DNA from: Prorocentrum cordatum
Taxonomy: Eukaryota
Direction: 5' to 3'
NCBI GenBank assembly: GCA_963575745.1
Contig: CAUYUJ010000121.1
Span: 1-64,000, forward strand
DNA length: 64,000 bases
Shown here: one piece after another, positions 49,867 through 61,518 of the stretch
How positions within the stretch are numbered: the stretch's first letter is position 1
Layout of the letters: each line of letters begins with the position of its first letter
Program-made: the position numbers and the translations under genes
The notes under the pieces: model-generated
What the model was told of the DNA's origin: nothing
What the model saw: the letters and a program-made list of their open reading frames with translations, nothing else
The model's database searches: none

Positions 49867-50110
49867 CTTTGTGGGCCCCGGAAACGGCAGGGCCGTTTTT
49901 CACAGTTTCCCAAAAAGTGCCTCTCGAAAATGGAAGCGGCAAAACAACGGACCAGGAACGGCAAAAAAACGGCTCCAAGATTGGAACTGGAGCTTGGACC
50001 GGTCAAAAAACGGCGACGGAGCCGGTAAAAAGACGGCGTCGGAACCGGCAAAAAAATGGCAAAGCGGAACGGGAAAATAAACGGCCCTGTCGTTTCCAGA
50101 GCCCGCTAAG
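49867..50110. mobile_element. TIR element, family D; second copy 23129-23380
   Basis: CTTTGTGGGCCCCGGAAACGGCAGGGCCGTTTTT...AAACGGCCCTGTCGTTTCCAG..CC.CTAAG; flanks GTGCGGAG / GTGTGGAG. Confidence 0.8.
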
Positions 50111-51227
50111 GTGTGGAGGCCACCAGCGAGGCCCCCTGGAGAAGCGCGGTGTACCTCGCGTGCGCTGCCGACGCGGAGGCCGGCCCAGCGCTCGCGCACG
50201 CCTGCGCTCGGCCACGCTGTGCTGCTCGCGGAGGCCCGCGCGCTTCGTGGGCACCGGCCGCGCACCGGCGGCGAGCGAGGGGGGGGGGCGAGGAGGGGCG
50301 GGACTCCTCAGGAGGCTCGGAGGCCCCCCTTGTCTGCTGACGGGAAGCTCCTCGCAAGGCGCGAGGGCTTCTGAGAAGCCCCGCCGTCTTCCGAGGAGGT
50401 CTTCCCCTTCTCGTGTCCCCCCCCTCGCTCGCCGCCGAGCGGCATGCTCCGACACGCCATGAGGAGCCCAAGGTTACGAGAAACACCCAGGAGGCTTCGC
50501 GCGGCAACTTCGTCGGCTTTACGTCGGAACCACGTGGATGTACAAAACAAAGCACGTCCGATTGAACGTCTAAACAACGCAGCGCGAATGTCGTCCCATA
50601 TCTGATGGGGCGGACGTGTGGGCTAGAGAGGACGACTATTGCGCGCCAGGCGAGGCCTCGATGATCTTCATCTGAACCTACGATTGTGTTGTTCTCATCG
50701 CACTTAAGGGCCACATCCCAGAAATAACTTCGAGCACCCAGAAAAGTATCGAAACAGTGTCGGACGCCGACACGTGAGAACCTTCAAGTTTCGACGCTGC
50801 CCTCGTGCTCGAAAGTCTTTCTGGTGATCGTGGCTGCAGTGGGTTGGAACATCCTAAACCTGCGGGCTTCTCGCGTGCTCTCCTGGCGCGCCGGCAGCAC
50901 TCTGCGTGCCCGTCGGCGGAGGTCGCCCGCGATCTTAAGCATGCGGGAAGCGGGTCCTGCGGGAAACGAGTCCTGGACCCGGGGGCTCTGCCCCCAGGAT
51001 GCCTTCTTCATGCGGAGTCGCTTGCTCCCAGTTCCTGGGCCCTCCTCGGGCCCCGCGAAGCCACAGACGGCGAAACGCCCCGGGACCGGCTTTCCTCTGA
51101 ACACGCCTTCCCCCCTGACGATCTCTCTCTCTCTCTCTCTCGCTCTCTCTCTTGCTCTCTGGCGTGGCCCGAGGTAGGCTGGATCCGAAGACGGCGGTCC
51201 GTTCTGAGGCAGCCCATCCGTCTGCTG

Positions 51228-51377
51228 GGGGGCCACATGCGAACCCTATGTACCCCTACCCTCCACGATTTCCCAGGGGGAGGGGGGGTTCACTTCGTTC
51301 GGGAGCTCCCGAACGAAGTGACCCCCCCTCCCCCTGGGAAATCGTGGGGGCAGTGGTGGAGTTCGCATGTGGCCCCC
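51228..51377. repeat. Near-perfect 150-bp palindrome; half copy at about 9616-9690
   Basis: GGGGGCCACATGCGAAC...CACTTCGTTCGGGAGCTCCCGAACGAAGTG...GTTCGCATGTGGCCCCC, no spacer at the centre. Confidence 0.85.
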
Positions 51378-52278
51378 TGCCTGCACGACCCCGAGACCCG
51401 ACGCGGCAACAGAAAATGCAGCGCCGCGGAAAATCCCCACGGGAGCCCCGGACCCTGTCTCCCTGCGTCCCCTCTCTGGCCGGATCGATCCGTGAAGGCC
51501 CCCGGGGCCCGAAGTGGAGCGAAGACGCCCGCCGTGGAACAAGAGTGCAACGTCAGGACCTCGGGCCCGGGGGCCATCCCCCCCCTGGCGCGAGGGAGGG
51601 GTCCAAGGGAAGGGGCTTCCCCTCGACTCGATTACGACATCGCTAGACTTGTCTTTCGCTGACAAGCTTGAGGAGGAGGGTGCAGGGAAGGGGGACGACG
51701 GAGACGACGACTGACGGAGAGGGCGACTCGAACAGCCAAGCCCCTCACACACGCCGACACGGTCGGCGGATCTTAGAACGAGTGTGACTCTGAGAGTGCC
51801 TCCTGAGCGCGGAGGGGCCGCTCCGTGCCCTCACGGCTCGCGCCTCTCAGCACCGCCGTGCACCTCGGCTCGAGGCCAAATAACACGCCGCTGCTGCCCT
51901 GCTATGCTTCGGCAGCGCGGGTGCTTGCTCTCGACTGTGCGCCTCCGCCTGTGTGCGCCGCCTCCTCCTCCTCCTCCTCCTCCTCCTCCTCCTCCTCCTC
52001 CTCTTCCTCCTCCTCCTCCTCCTCCTCCTCCTCCTCCTCCTCCTCCTCTTCCTCTCTCCTCTTCCTCCTCCACCTCCTCCTCATCCTCCTCCTCCGCCCT
52101 CCTCCTCCTCCTCCTCCTCCTCCTCCTCATCCGCCCTCCTCCTCCTCCTCCTCCTTCTCCTCCTCCTCCTCCTCCTCCTCCTCCTCCTCCTCCTCCTCCT
52201 CCTCCTCCTCCTGTCGACAATAGCGACAAGTCGCGCGATGCCATGCCGGGGGGCGGGGGCATGGCAAACGGCCGGGGC

Positions 52279-52365
52279 CTTCACGGACGCCGAGATGCGC
52301 TCCATGAAGCCCTCCTCGCGCAGGAAGCTGTTGTCGAAGACCTTGTCGAACCCTGAGTCGTCCAC
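52279..52365 (-). CDS. Exon 4: VDDSGFDKVFDNSFLREEGFMERISASVK
   Basis: Acceptor gtcgccag|G, donor AAG|GC, 87 nt, phase 0-0, strong GC3 bias. Confidence 0.85.
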
Positions 52366-54723
52366 CTGGCGACCGCTCCTCGCGCAGCCTCTGTGATGGC
52401 CCCTCCTCTCCGCGGTGGTTCCGGCCGATTCGCCCGCTGCCCCACCTCACCCCGTCCCAGCGGCTCAGGTCGGCCACAACTTCAGCGGGCCAAGGGCCGA
52501 CAGCGAGGAACCGTGGGCCTGAAGTGGTCCTCAAGCATGCCTGAAGCCCCAAGCGGGAATCTCCAGCCCGCTGGCCTGCGGGCACAGGAAAGCATTGAGG
52601 CCATGGCAGTCACAGGTTCAGTGTGCCAAAGTCTGAGAGAGCGGAACCATGGGCCTGAAATGCTCGCCCAACTCACCTGAAGCTTCGAGACAGTCTCGTG
52701 CTCTGGTACATACACGTTGGAGCAACGCCTCGATAATCTGGGCAGGGCGAAGCCCCGGGACCACCTTCTCATTGAGAAGCCAGGTGCTACAATGGGCATG
52801 GCATTCATCAGCAGCCCACCCACCATCACCAAAACCTAAATGTGCAGTCTGACCGCTGATGCCCACTGTGATGCCGATGGGGCTCTCATCCTGACACATG
52901 TTGGGCTGGACCTGCAGTCAACCCGTACCAGAAGGATGCGCGGTAAGGATGCAAGGACCTTGGAAAGCCATGCCGACACTCTGCGAGCGGGGCGCGGCCA
53001 GCGGAAGCGGCCAAAGATGGGCCGCGGGGGAAGGATGCGAGGGCACCCCTGGAAAAGCCGCTCATCCTTACTGTGCGGGTCGACTGCACGGTCGGAAATA
53101 TGCCTGCTTGGCGTGTCGCGGCGACTTGACCTCTGCGTGTGTATGGTCGCGCCGCCACGCCGTTTTGGTTGCGCTTACTTGCTGGTCGCCACCGGGATCT
53201 CCACGCAACCTGGTTGCGAGTATCGTTTTGGGTTCTTCTTCTGAGTGGCTGCCCGCGCGCTCGCTTCGCTTGCCTCTCCTTTCTTGCTGCCTGTAGTCGC
53301 GGCCCGACTGGTGTTCGGACGGCTTTCGACCTGCCCTCGCGAGCCCGCAGACCACAGAGTGCCGCGGCGACGGCCCCGGCGAGACGCCGTGCCCCAGCAG
53401 CAGGTGCGCCGCGCTGTCGCCCCGCACCTCCGGGCGGGGAGGCCTCGAGAGGCTCGGGGCGCTGACGCCCGGGGGGCCGGGACGCGGCGAGCGTGCCGCG
53501 CCGAAGCCATGGTGGACCGGCCGGGGACGGAGCGGCACGCGGACCAGAAGGCTTCCCGACCGCAGAAAAAGTCTGCCCCTCCCCTGGCAGGCCCTGGCGT
53601 GCAGGAAGCGGGTCCTGCGGCGAGCGGGTCCCGGACCTCCGGGGCGGGTGCGCCCACCTCGCCCCCCGCAGCGGCTGGCGAGGAGTGCCGACCTCTGCGC
53701 CTACCTCTGGAGGGCCCTATGGAGGCCCGAGAACGGCAACAGATCTCAGCACCCGTTTTGCGACGACATGCGAGCAATGTGTGCAGCAGCATCGATCAAT
53801 GCCAATTTCCCTGTGGACCCCTTTCCGTCATGGCGATCACTGCTCTCGCGAGTCCCAAAACCTCTGGCGGGGTCGGCGGACTATCACCGTTCCCGGCCCC
53901 CCCCCCCCGGACAACCTCCGCACCCCCAACAGCCACGGTCTGGGGAGGGAGTGCTCGGAGGAGAGCCAGAGAGGGCCTGTAGGGGGGGGGGTCGGGGGGT
54001 TGGTTGGGGAGAGGTTGGGGGCGTTGTCGGGGGTGTGCCGGGCGGGCGCAGTGCCTCATTCACTAGAAACCGCCTGCCACACTTCAAATGCGCCCCCCGC
54101 CCCCTCCTAACACGCACCACCACCCCCCCGACAACCCCCCCGACACCTCCGACAGCCCGCAGACAGCTACCCGACAGCCCCCCCCGACAGCCCCCCCGAC
54201 AGCCCCCCCCGACCACCCCCCCACGCACACCCCACCAACAACCCCCCGACAACCCCCTAACAGCGCCCTCGACACGGGGGCCTGGGGTGAACCTTCGGAG
54301 GGAGCTTGGGGGGGGTGGGGGCTGGGGCCCGCTGGAGGAGTCACGAGGGGGGCGGGCTGGGGGAGGCATGCGGGAGGCCTGGGGGCGGGCGGGGGGGAGC
54401 CTGGGGGGGAGGTCAGAAAGATCTTAGGGGGAGGCTCGGGGGGTCGGATTGGCCCCCCTCGTCGGAGCCTCGATTGAGTGTGGAGCGGCACCCCCAGTGT
54501 ATAGGGGCTGCCGAACAGACTCGCCTCCAACGCGCTTAATCGTAACCAGAGCTCGAGCTAAATCGTGTTGTTCGTCTTCGTTTTGTCTTCGGTGCTCCTC
54601 GTTCAGTCTTCGATCTGCCGATGCTGCAAAACGAAATCAAAACGAAAGCAGTCCACGAACTCGCCAAAACACCGTGTGTCTCGAGCCCTGGTCTGAACCT
54701 CCTCCTCGTCGTCCTCCTCCTCT

Positions 54724-54814
<91 letters not shown>

Positions 54815-57800
54815 GCTCCTCCTCCTCCTCCTCCTCCTCCTCCTCCTCCTCCTCCTCCTCCTCCTCCTCCTCCTCCTCCTCTGTGGCCGCTAGACAGAGA
54901 CTGCGTATGAAATTTCACGCCCCTTGCGCAGGGACCCTTGCCGCATGGAAGGGTGGGCATACTCACAGGCAGGCCCCCATGTCAGACGCGCAGTGTGACC
55001 CTCTCTGGTGTCATGCTGGACCTCCTCTCGGCTTCAAGCAAGAGGTGACCCTTGCCAAGAATGACCTTTGGTGCGAGGCTTCATAAGGGGGGGGGAGGCG
55101 CGGGGGCCAAACTCAAGCGCGCAAGCCGATGCTGTCGCATCGCCCCCGACGATCGGGGAGACCCCAGCGGGCTGACCACATCAGAGGTCACTCTGGAGAA
55201 GGACCACTCGTACGCGCAGCTGACGGACGCCCTCCCTCAGGCCTGGCTTTCGGGCCGGCACTTGGGCATCTGGCAGCCGTTCGGGACGATTCGGGCACCC
55301 CTCACGGTGAGGGCTCCGTGCCTTGCCCCCAAGGTCCTCTACACCGACTCGCAGACAGCGTTCTGGGGTTGACTTAGGTCGGGCCTGTCCCCCTACAGGG
55401 GGATTTTGGACAAAAGAAAAATAGTAAAAAATGCTCTACAATACTCAAAAACTGTTGAAGAATCGTCCCCAGACTATGTTTTGACTATTTTCGAATACTC
55501 CTCATGTAGAGGGACAGGCCCGACTTAAGGGTGGACCCCCGGAAAGATCTCGGCAAGGCGCGGCTGCTGGAGCGCCTCCCGAGGCAGGAACACCTCCAGG
55601 ACCTCCAGGAACCGTCAGAGTGACCCTCCGTGTGCAGTGTCGACCCTTCCCCACCGCGCCCCTTCCTCCTCCATCCCCCCTCGCCGCACTCCTGCCTCTG
55701 TTGTTCGCTTCGCTGGCCTCGCGCCAAGCGTGCACGGATCGCCATGTAAAAAATACAGTTCCTGACCCCACGAGTTGGGTGTCGGTGGCGCAGAAAAATG
55801 CGGATCTTCATAATTTCTGTAAGATTTACCGCTATGAACACGGCCAATTCGCTAATCGACGTGTCAGGCCAAACTAAGCTCCCTCCGGCCTGCTCGGTGG
55901 ATGCTCCTTGGCCTCCGACGTGCCCCCGCCCCCTCTCGGCCTCACGCCAAGGGGGGGGGGAGGGCGAGCGGGGGCGGGCCCAGAGGCGGCGATGGCCTCT
56001 GAGAGCCGGCCCTGCGAGAAGCCCCACGCGGCCCTGGAGAGGGCTCGGAGAAAGCTCCTCTATAGAGGGCAGAAAATCTGGTTCTGGACGAAAAACAAGC
56101 CATACCCAGAAAATACTCCAAGATAGTCAAAACATATTCGAAACATCGCCCCCTGCCGATGGTTTGACTATGCTTGAACATTCCTCCTGTAGAGGGACAG
56201 GCCCGACTTAACTCCAGAGGGCAGAAAATCCACCCCCATATTCATCACCCCGACAAGCGAAGCCGTTTTGGTAAACGCACCCATCGGCAGGAATCGAGCA
56301 GGGCAGGGCTTTTAGTAAACGACCAGGGCTGTTTCGCAAACGCCAATTGCCTGGTCCGAGTGGCTTTTCCTCCCTTGATTCCCGGGAGGCTGGAGTGGAG
56401 GCATCCCGAGCCTTCTCAGGAGGCCCGCGCACTCTGCCTGCCACCCTGGGCGCGCCGTCGAGCCACGTGCAGTCGACAGGGGGCAGCAGAGGAGAGAAGG
56501 AAGCAGAGGGAGGCGGAGGATGAGGGAACATCACGGGGAGAGAAGGAGCACAAGTGAGCAGGGACCGACCGTCCCGGCATTCCTATAGGCCTACCACGAC
56601 ATGTTCGAAGAAAATGTTCGAAGAACTAAAAGAAGGTTCTCGGAACATAACCCCGATGTGTTAAAACAAGGCAGTCCCAGCAAGAAATGCTCTAAGAACA
56701 TGTCGTGGAAACCACCAGAACAGGTTCTTAGAACCTTCTTCGGTGTGCCCATAGGCACGCCAGGACGCCTTGCCACTGCTTGACGTAAGGAGCAGGAGAA
56801 GAAAGGAGAAGGGGAAGAGAGAATGGAGGAGAAAGGACGAGCGAAAGAGAGAGGGGGAGGGCGCCTCCCGCGACGACGAGAACGAGAAGCCCTTCCCTTC
56901 CCCTCCCTGCCCCCTCCTCCCGCCGCGGCGGGCCCCGTTGGCGCAGGCTCTGGGCGAGCCACCAGTGGGCCAAGCAGCACCGGCGCCGCAGCCGACGTGG
57001 GCGTGACCACGCCGGGCGTGGCATCCCACTGGCGGGGGCGGGAGGGAGAAGGAGAGGGAGCAGGAGAGGAGGGAAGGGAGGAAGAAGGGAGGGGGGGAGG
57101 GAAGGAGGGAGCAGGAGGGAGGAGAAGGGAGGATAAGGAGAGGGAGCAGGAGGGAGCAGGAGGGAGGAGGGAGGGGGACGAGTGAGGAAAGAAGGGAGGG
57201 AGGGGATGGGGGACAAAGGGAGGACGAGAAAGGCATGGGAAGGCTAAGGTGAGCAAGTACCAGTCCGACCAGACACGACACATTGGGCGACTCGGCGGGT
57301 TCCGATGCTCTTTGGCTGAGAGTGAATTCGACGGCGACATCGAGAAGCTCTGGCGAACATCCATGTGTCTCTGTGCCGATTCTTCTGACCGCGCCACCAC
57401 GGCAAACGGCGATCTCTGTGTCCGAGGTGAAGTTCGCCCTGGAGTAAGGCCGCACGTCGGAGAAACGGCGCGGCGACGTATGCCCCCCCCCCCCCCCACG
57501 CTGACCGTCACGCCCCCACGAGCTTCCACAAGGGAAGCCGCGCTCGCTTCACTTGAGCGGGCCTCCCCAAACTAGACGAAGAGACAGCGGCACAAACATA
57601 AACGTTCGACGCCCCGTGCGGATTTCTTGGGTCCGCGCCAGACGTCCCTCCCTGGCGCGCTCCGCGCGCCAGGGGCGGCGCAGGAGGCGCCGCCGGGGGG
57701 GCCCAGCGAGGATCCAAGAAATCCACGCGGAGCGCCAAACAAAATATGTGTTTAGCGTTCTTCTTGTTCGACAAGTTGCTCTTTGCGCATAGTATAGTTA

Positions 57801-58410
57801 GTGGTATTAGGACTACTATTATGGTGCTTTGTAAAACTGCTATGGTAACGATTATTGTTATTATTCTGAATAGTATCATTCGCATTGTTATTCTTCCTAC
57901 GTTTAGTATCATTATTCGTCTTGTTTATTATGTTGTTTGTCTTCTTCTTGTAGCGCCAAACATGGTATGCTCCTTGTTTTCAGGCTGCCAGACCGAAGAA
58001 TCAAGCGACAAGTTCTGGACGGTACAGCGCGACTGGTTCCTGGGCACTGCCCTCCCCTGCGGCCCCCCCGGCTCGGAAGCCCCGGGTCAGGAGGCAAAAA
58101 CTCCTGGGAGGTCTGCGCTGTGACGATAATTGGCGATTGAACGGTTCTCATCTATATGTATCAATATGTGTATATACATATGAACACATGAGTACATATT
58201 TCTTAGGAAAGAAACATAACAGCACGTTGCAGGATCATGCCAGACGAAGCCCAGGATGAGGCTGGATGAAGCCAGATTCAATGGGATCGAGCCGGATGAA
58301 ACCAGATGGGTCCAGATTGGGGCTGGTGGCCGACCGCGAAAGAGTACCAGCGCCGAGCGCGGACTCCCACCTCCCGGTAGCTGCCCCCTAGGCCGAGGCG
58401 TGGTGGGAGC

Positions 58411-58464
58411 CGGCGGCAGCTCCGGCAGCGTCGCTCCGGAGGGAGGCGGCTTCGCCCCGCGGAG
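58411..58464 (-). CDS. Probable exon 3: LRGAKPPPSGATLPELPP
   Basis: Acceptor cgcgcag|C, donor CCG|GC, 54 nt, phase 0-0. Gives LPELPP-VDDSGFD. Least certain internal exon because the frame also holds without it. Confidence 0.5.
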
Positions 58465-58532
58465 CTGCGCGGGGTGCACCGACGAGTGCCAGCAAGCGCG
58501 GCGCCAGCAGCAGCAACCTGCAGCAGCAACTA

Positions 58533-58678
58533 GACAAGCGCGTTCCACGTCTCCCAGAGTAGCTACTCGCAAATGGCCTGGATCCGCCGTGAGGGATTTA
58601 CGATCCGTCACGTCGAGGCAGGCATGTGATTTTCGGACAATTGGGAGTAGGCACTTTGCGAGTCGTGGAACGCGCTCG
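58533..58678. mobile_element. TIR element, family P; second copy about 1244-1405
   Basis: CAAGCGCGTTCCACG...TTTGCGAGTCGTGGAACGCGCT; this copy lies within a (CAG)n tract. Confidence 0.7.
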
Positions 58679-58682
58679 GTGA

Positions 58683-58735
<53 letters not shown>

Positions 58736-59385
58736 GTCACCCTGAGAGCCGAGGACGCAAATCCTGGGAGGTCTTCTTGCTGGCACGATTTCATAGGCGA
58801 TGCCTGCATGTTTTGTCTGTTCTTTTTTTAGCTGCAAAAAACATTCCGCAGGAGGATGCTGGATGAATACCAGGATGAGGCTGGATTGAGCCAGGCTGAA
58901 CGGGATTAAGCCATCAGGTGAAACCAGCTTGGCCCAGATTAGGCACCCGAGAAGGGATTGAAGCCGTCTGAGCTTGGCGGCGCGCAGAGGGGGGGTTATG
59001 GGGGAAGGGGGAAGGCTTCCTAGAAGGAAGCTGTCTCTCAGAAGGCGTCGGCCTTACATCTATAGACAAGGCCCGCGCCTTCTCAGAAGCAGCGGTGCTT
59101 CTAAGAAGCATTCTCCCCTCCCCCTACCCCCCGCTCTGCGCGTGGCCAACAGCAGCAACAGCAGCAGCAGAGTCACCCGAGAGAGGCGGTGGGGACAAAG
59201 CCGTCTGTGCAGCCACTGCGACGGGGTGGCCAGCAGCAGCATCAACACCTCTGCGCTCCCGCGCGCACCGTGCGCACTGGAGGCCGACACCGAGGCAGCA
59301 CACATTGTTGTATCGTCGCTCCCGACCGCGCGTATGGCGCTAGCCACCGCTTCTAGACACCATAGGCGCATGCAGTCGCTGTGCT

Positions 59386-59617
59386 TGAGCAGGGACCGAC
59401 CGTCCCGGCATTCCTATAGTCATACCACGAAGTGTTCTTAGAACCCACAAATGTTCGAAAAACAAAAACGACGTTCTTAGAACATAAACCCGATGTGCTA
59501 AAACAAGACAGACTCCGCCAGAAATGTTCTAAGAACATTTCGTGGGAACCACAAAAGGTTCTTAGAACATTGTTGGGTAGGGCTATAAGCGAGCTAGGAT
59601 GCTTCGCCACTGCTTGA
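59386..59617. mobile_element. Short TIR element, family B (about 230 bp); other copies 12011-12241, 13767-13998, 44211-44623 (interrupted), 56555-56783
   Basis: TGAGCAGGGACCGACCGTCCCGGCATTCCTATAG...GGACGCTTCGCCACTGCTTGA, imperfect TIR, internal GTTCT(T/A)AGAAC palindromes, 16-bp flanking duplication. Confidence 0.85.
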
Positions 59618-60488
59618 ATGCAGTCCCTGTGCTGCCGCAGGCAACACTGGATGTGGAACGGAGGGTCCCTCCTGATCCCGGCGAGCTTCGGCCACCAACG
59701 GGCTCCTCGACCCAGACCCGAGGAACGGCCCGAAGACCACTGCCTCTCCCGAGCCCCGAGTGGTCCTCACCTCTTGGCGGCGCGCAGAGGGGGGTCAGGG
59801 GGGCGGGGGGGAGGCTTCTTAGAGGGGGTCTGCTTCTGAGAAGGCGCCAGCCTGACATCTGCAGACCAGGCCCGCGCCTTCTGAGAAGCAGGGGTGCTTC
59901 CAAGAAGCCTTCCCCCCTCCCCCATACCCCCCCTCTGCGCGCCGCCAGATTTCAGCGTCTCGGCTGCATGATCAGGACACTTCCTCCAGGAAAGCTGGGG
60001 GGGGGCACCGGCCGTCGATTGTCGAGCGCCCCGCGATGCCCCAGGGCGCTGCGGCTTTGCCCGGCAGTCGAGGGCATCGGGAAGCTCCGCGGGGCACCCC
60101 TCGCCGGCAGGCCCGTCCCCCATCTGCCGCGCCTGCTGCGTGCCGCCTCCCTGCCGAGCCCCTGCCTCGACGCTGGGCCTCAATCGTTGCCCGCCGCTGC
60201 CCCTCCGCGTGGACGCCTGGCGCCGCTTGAGGCCCCGGCCCCTCGACGACCGGCCCCGCTCCTCCTGGCCCCCTGCCTCGACGCCCGGCCCTCCTCCTCC
60301 TCCTCCTCCTCCTCCTCCTCCTCCTCCTCCTCCTCCTCCTCCTCCTCCCTGGGCCTCTCCTGCCTCGACGCTGGGCCTCACCTGCAGCCCGCCGCTGCCT
60401 CCCCGTGCGGACGGCGCTGCCGCCGACCGCAGCGGGCATCGCCGAGGCCGTGCCCACGGCTGGCGGGGGCGAGGGCCGCGCGCGGGGC

Positions 60489-60545
60489 CTGCTCGGCCGC
60501 GACGAGGTTCGCCACCACGGCCCGGCGGACCAGGAGCTCCGGCGC
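60489..60545 (-). CDS. Exon 2: APELLVRRAVVANLVAAEQ
   Basis: Acceptor cccgag|G (alternative 9 nt upstream, ggcag|C), donor CAG|GC, 57 nt, phase 0-0. Confidence 0.75.
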
Positions 60546-60644
60546 CTCGGGGAGCTGCCATCGGCAGCGGCCATCGGCAAGGACGCACGACGGCGACGAG
60601 GACGACTGGCGGGGGTCGACGCTCCGCCCCTGGGCGTGGGAGAG

Positions 60645-60719
<75 letters not shown>

Positions 60720-60848
60720 TGGGGGCCACTTGGACATTGGAAACCGACGTTGAGGAATGTACGTGTGCGTCCTTCTCTCGCTCTTGAAGCTCCCCTCCAC
60801 GCAAGCTCCGCCCCCGCACCGCCTCCTTATAAAAGCAGGTTGCCGCGC

Positions 60849-60971
60849 CTCACGCTCGGCGTAGTCCCTCGCCTCCTGGAGCGCCAGCAGCGTCATCTCC
60901 TGCTGCAGCGAGATTGCGCACCCGGCGCTCACCAGGTGCCGCTTGCGTGCGTACTCCAGCAGCTGCACGCC
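60849..60971 (-). CDS. Internal exon 1 (in window) of a large multi-exon gene: GVQLLEYARKRHLVSAGCAISLQQEMTLLALQEARDYAERE
   Basis: Acceptor ctctacctcag|G, donor GAG|GC, 123 nt, phase 0-0. GC3-rich non-repetitive island in frame with the next exon. Confidence 0.85.
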
Positions 60972-61308
60972 CTGAGGTAGAGCCGAGAAGGGGGCGATAT
61001 CAGGGAGAGCGGGGGGAGTCCGAAAGGAGGTGGTGGGAGCAGCTGTTTTTGTCTGAAGTCTCCTGCCCCGGACCCCCGTCGCCATGATTTTTTCATAACA
61101 TCGACCCTCAGGGGTCTCGACCCATTCCCCTGGACCGGTTTTTTCATCCTGGATCGCTTTGACGCCCCCGAGGCCCGGCGAGGGCCCCCGGAGGCCGGAA
61201 AGGGCGAAAAACCTCCCGTGATGTGGATTTCCCATTGCAGGAAGGGCCTGGGAGGTCAATCGACCAAGCGGGTGGAAGCCGCGCGACCACAGGACCCCCC
61301 CCTCGCAA

Positions 61309-61518
61309 TATGTTGTTCCCATCCTACTTAAGGACCACATTCCAGAAATAATTTCGAGCACCCAGAAAAGTGTCAAAAGAGTGTCGAAACAAGGTCGAAA
61401 CAGTGTTGAGCGAGTGTCTCCTAGGGCCCAACACGTAAAAACCCTGGAGTTTCGGTACTTTTTTGGGCACTCGAAATTCTTCCTGGTGGTCAAGGCTAAA
61501 GTAGGTTGGAGCATGATA
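61309..61518. mobile_element. TIR element, family E; other copies 12713-12911, 50685-50856
   Basis: TATGTTGTTCCCATCCTACTTAAGG...CTAAAGTAGGTTGGAGCATGATA, shared core CCAGAAATAATTTCGAGCACCC, CCTCGCA repeated in both flanks. Confidence 0.8.

Noticed and set aside
53353..53427. Candidate exon VRGDSAAHLLLGHGVSPGPSPRHSV
   Set aside because: Phase-compatible but not required and fits less well than 58411-58464; cannot be excluded without RNA-seq.
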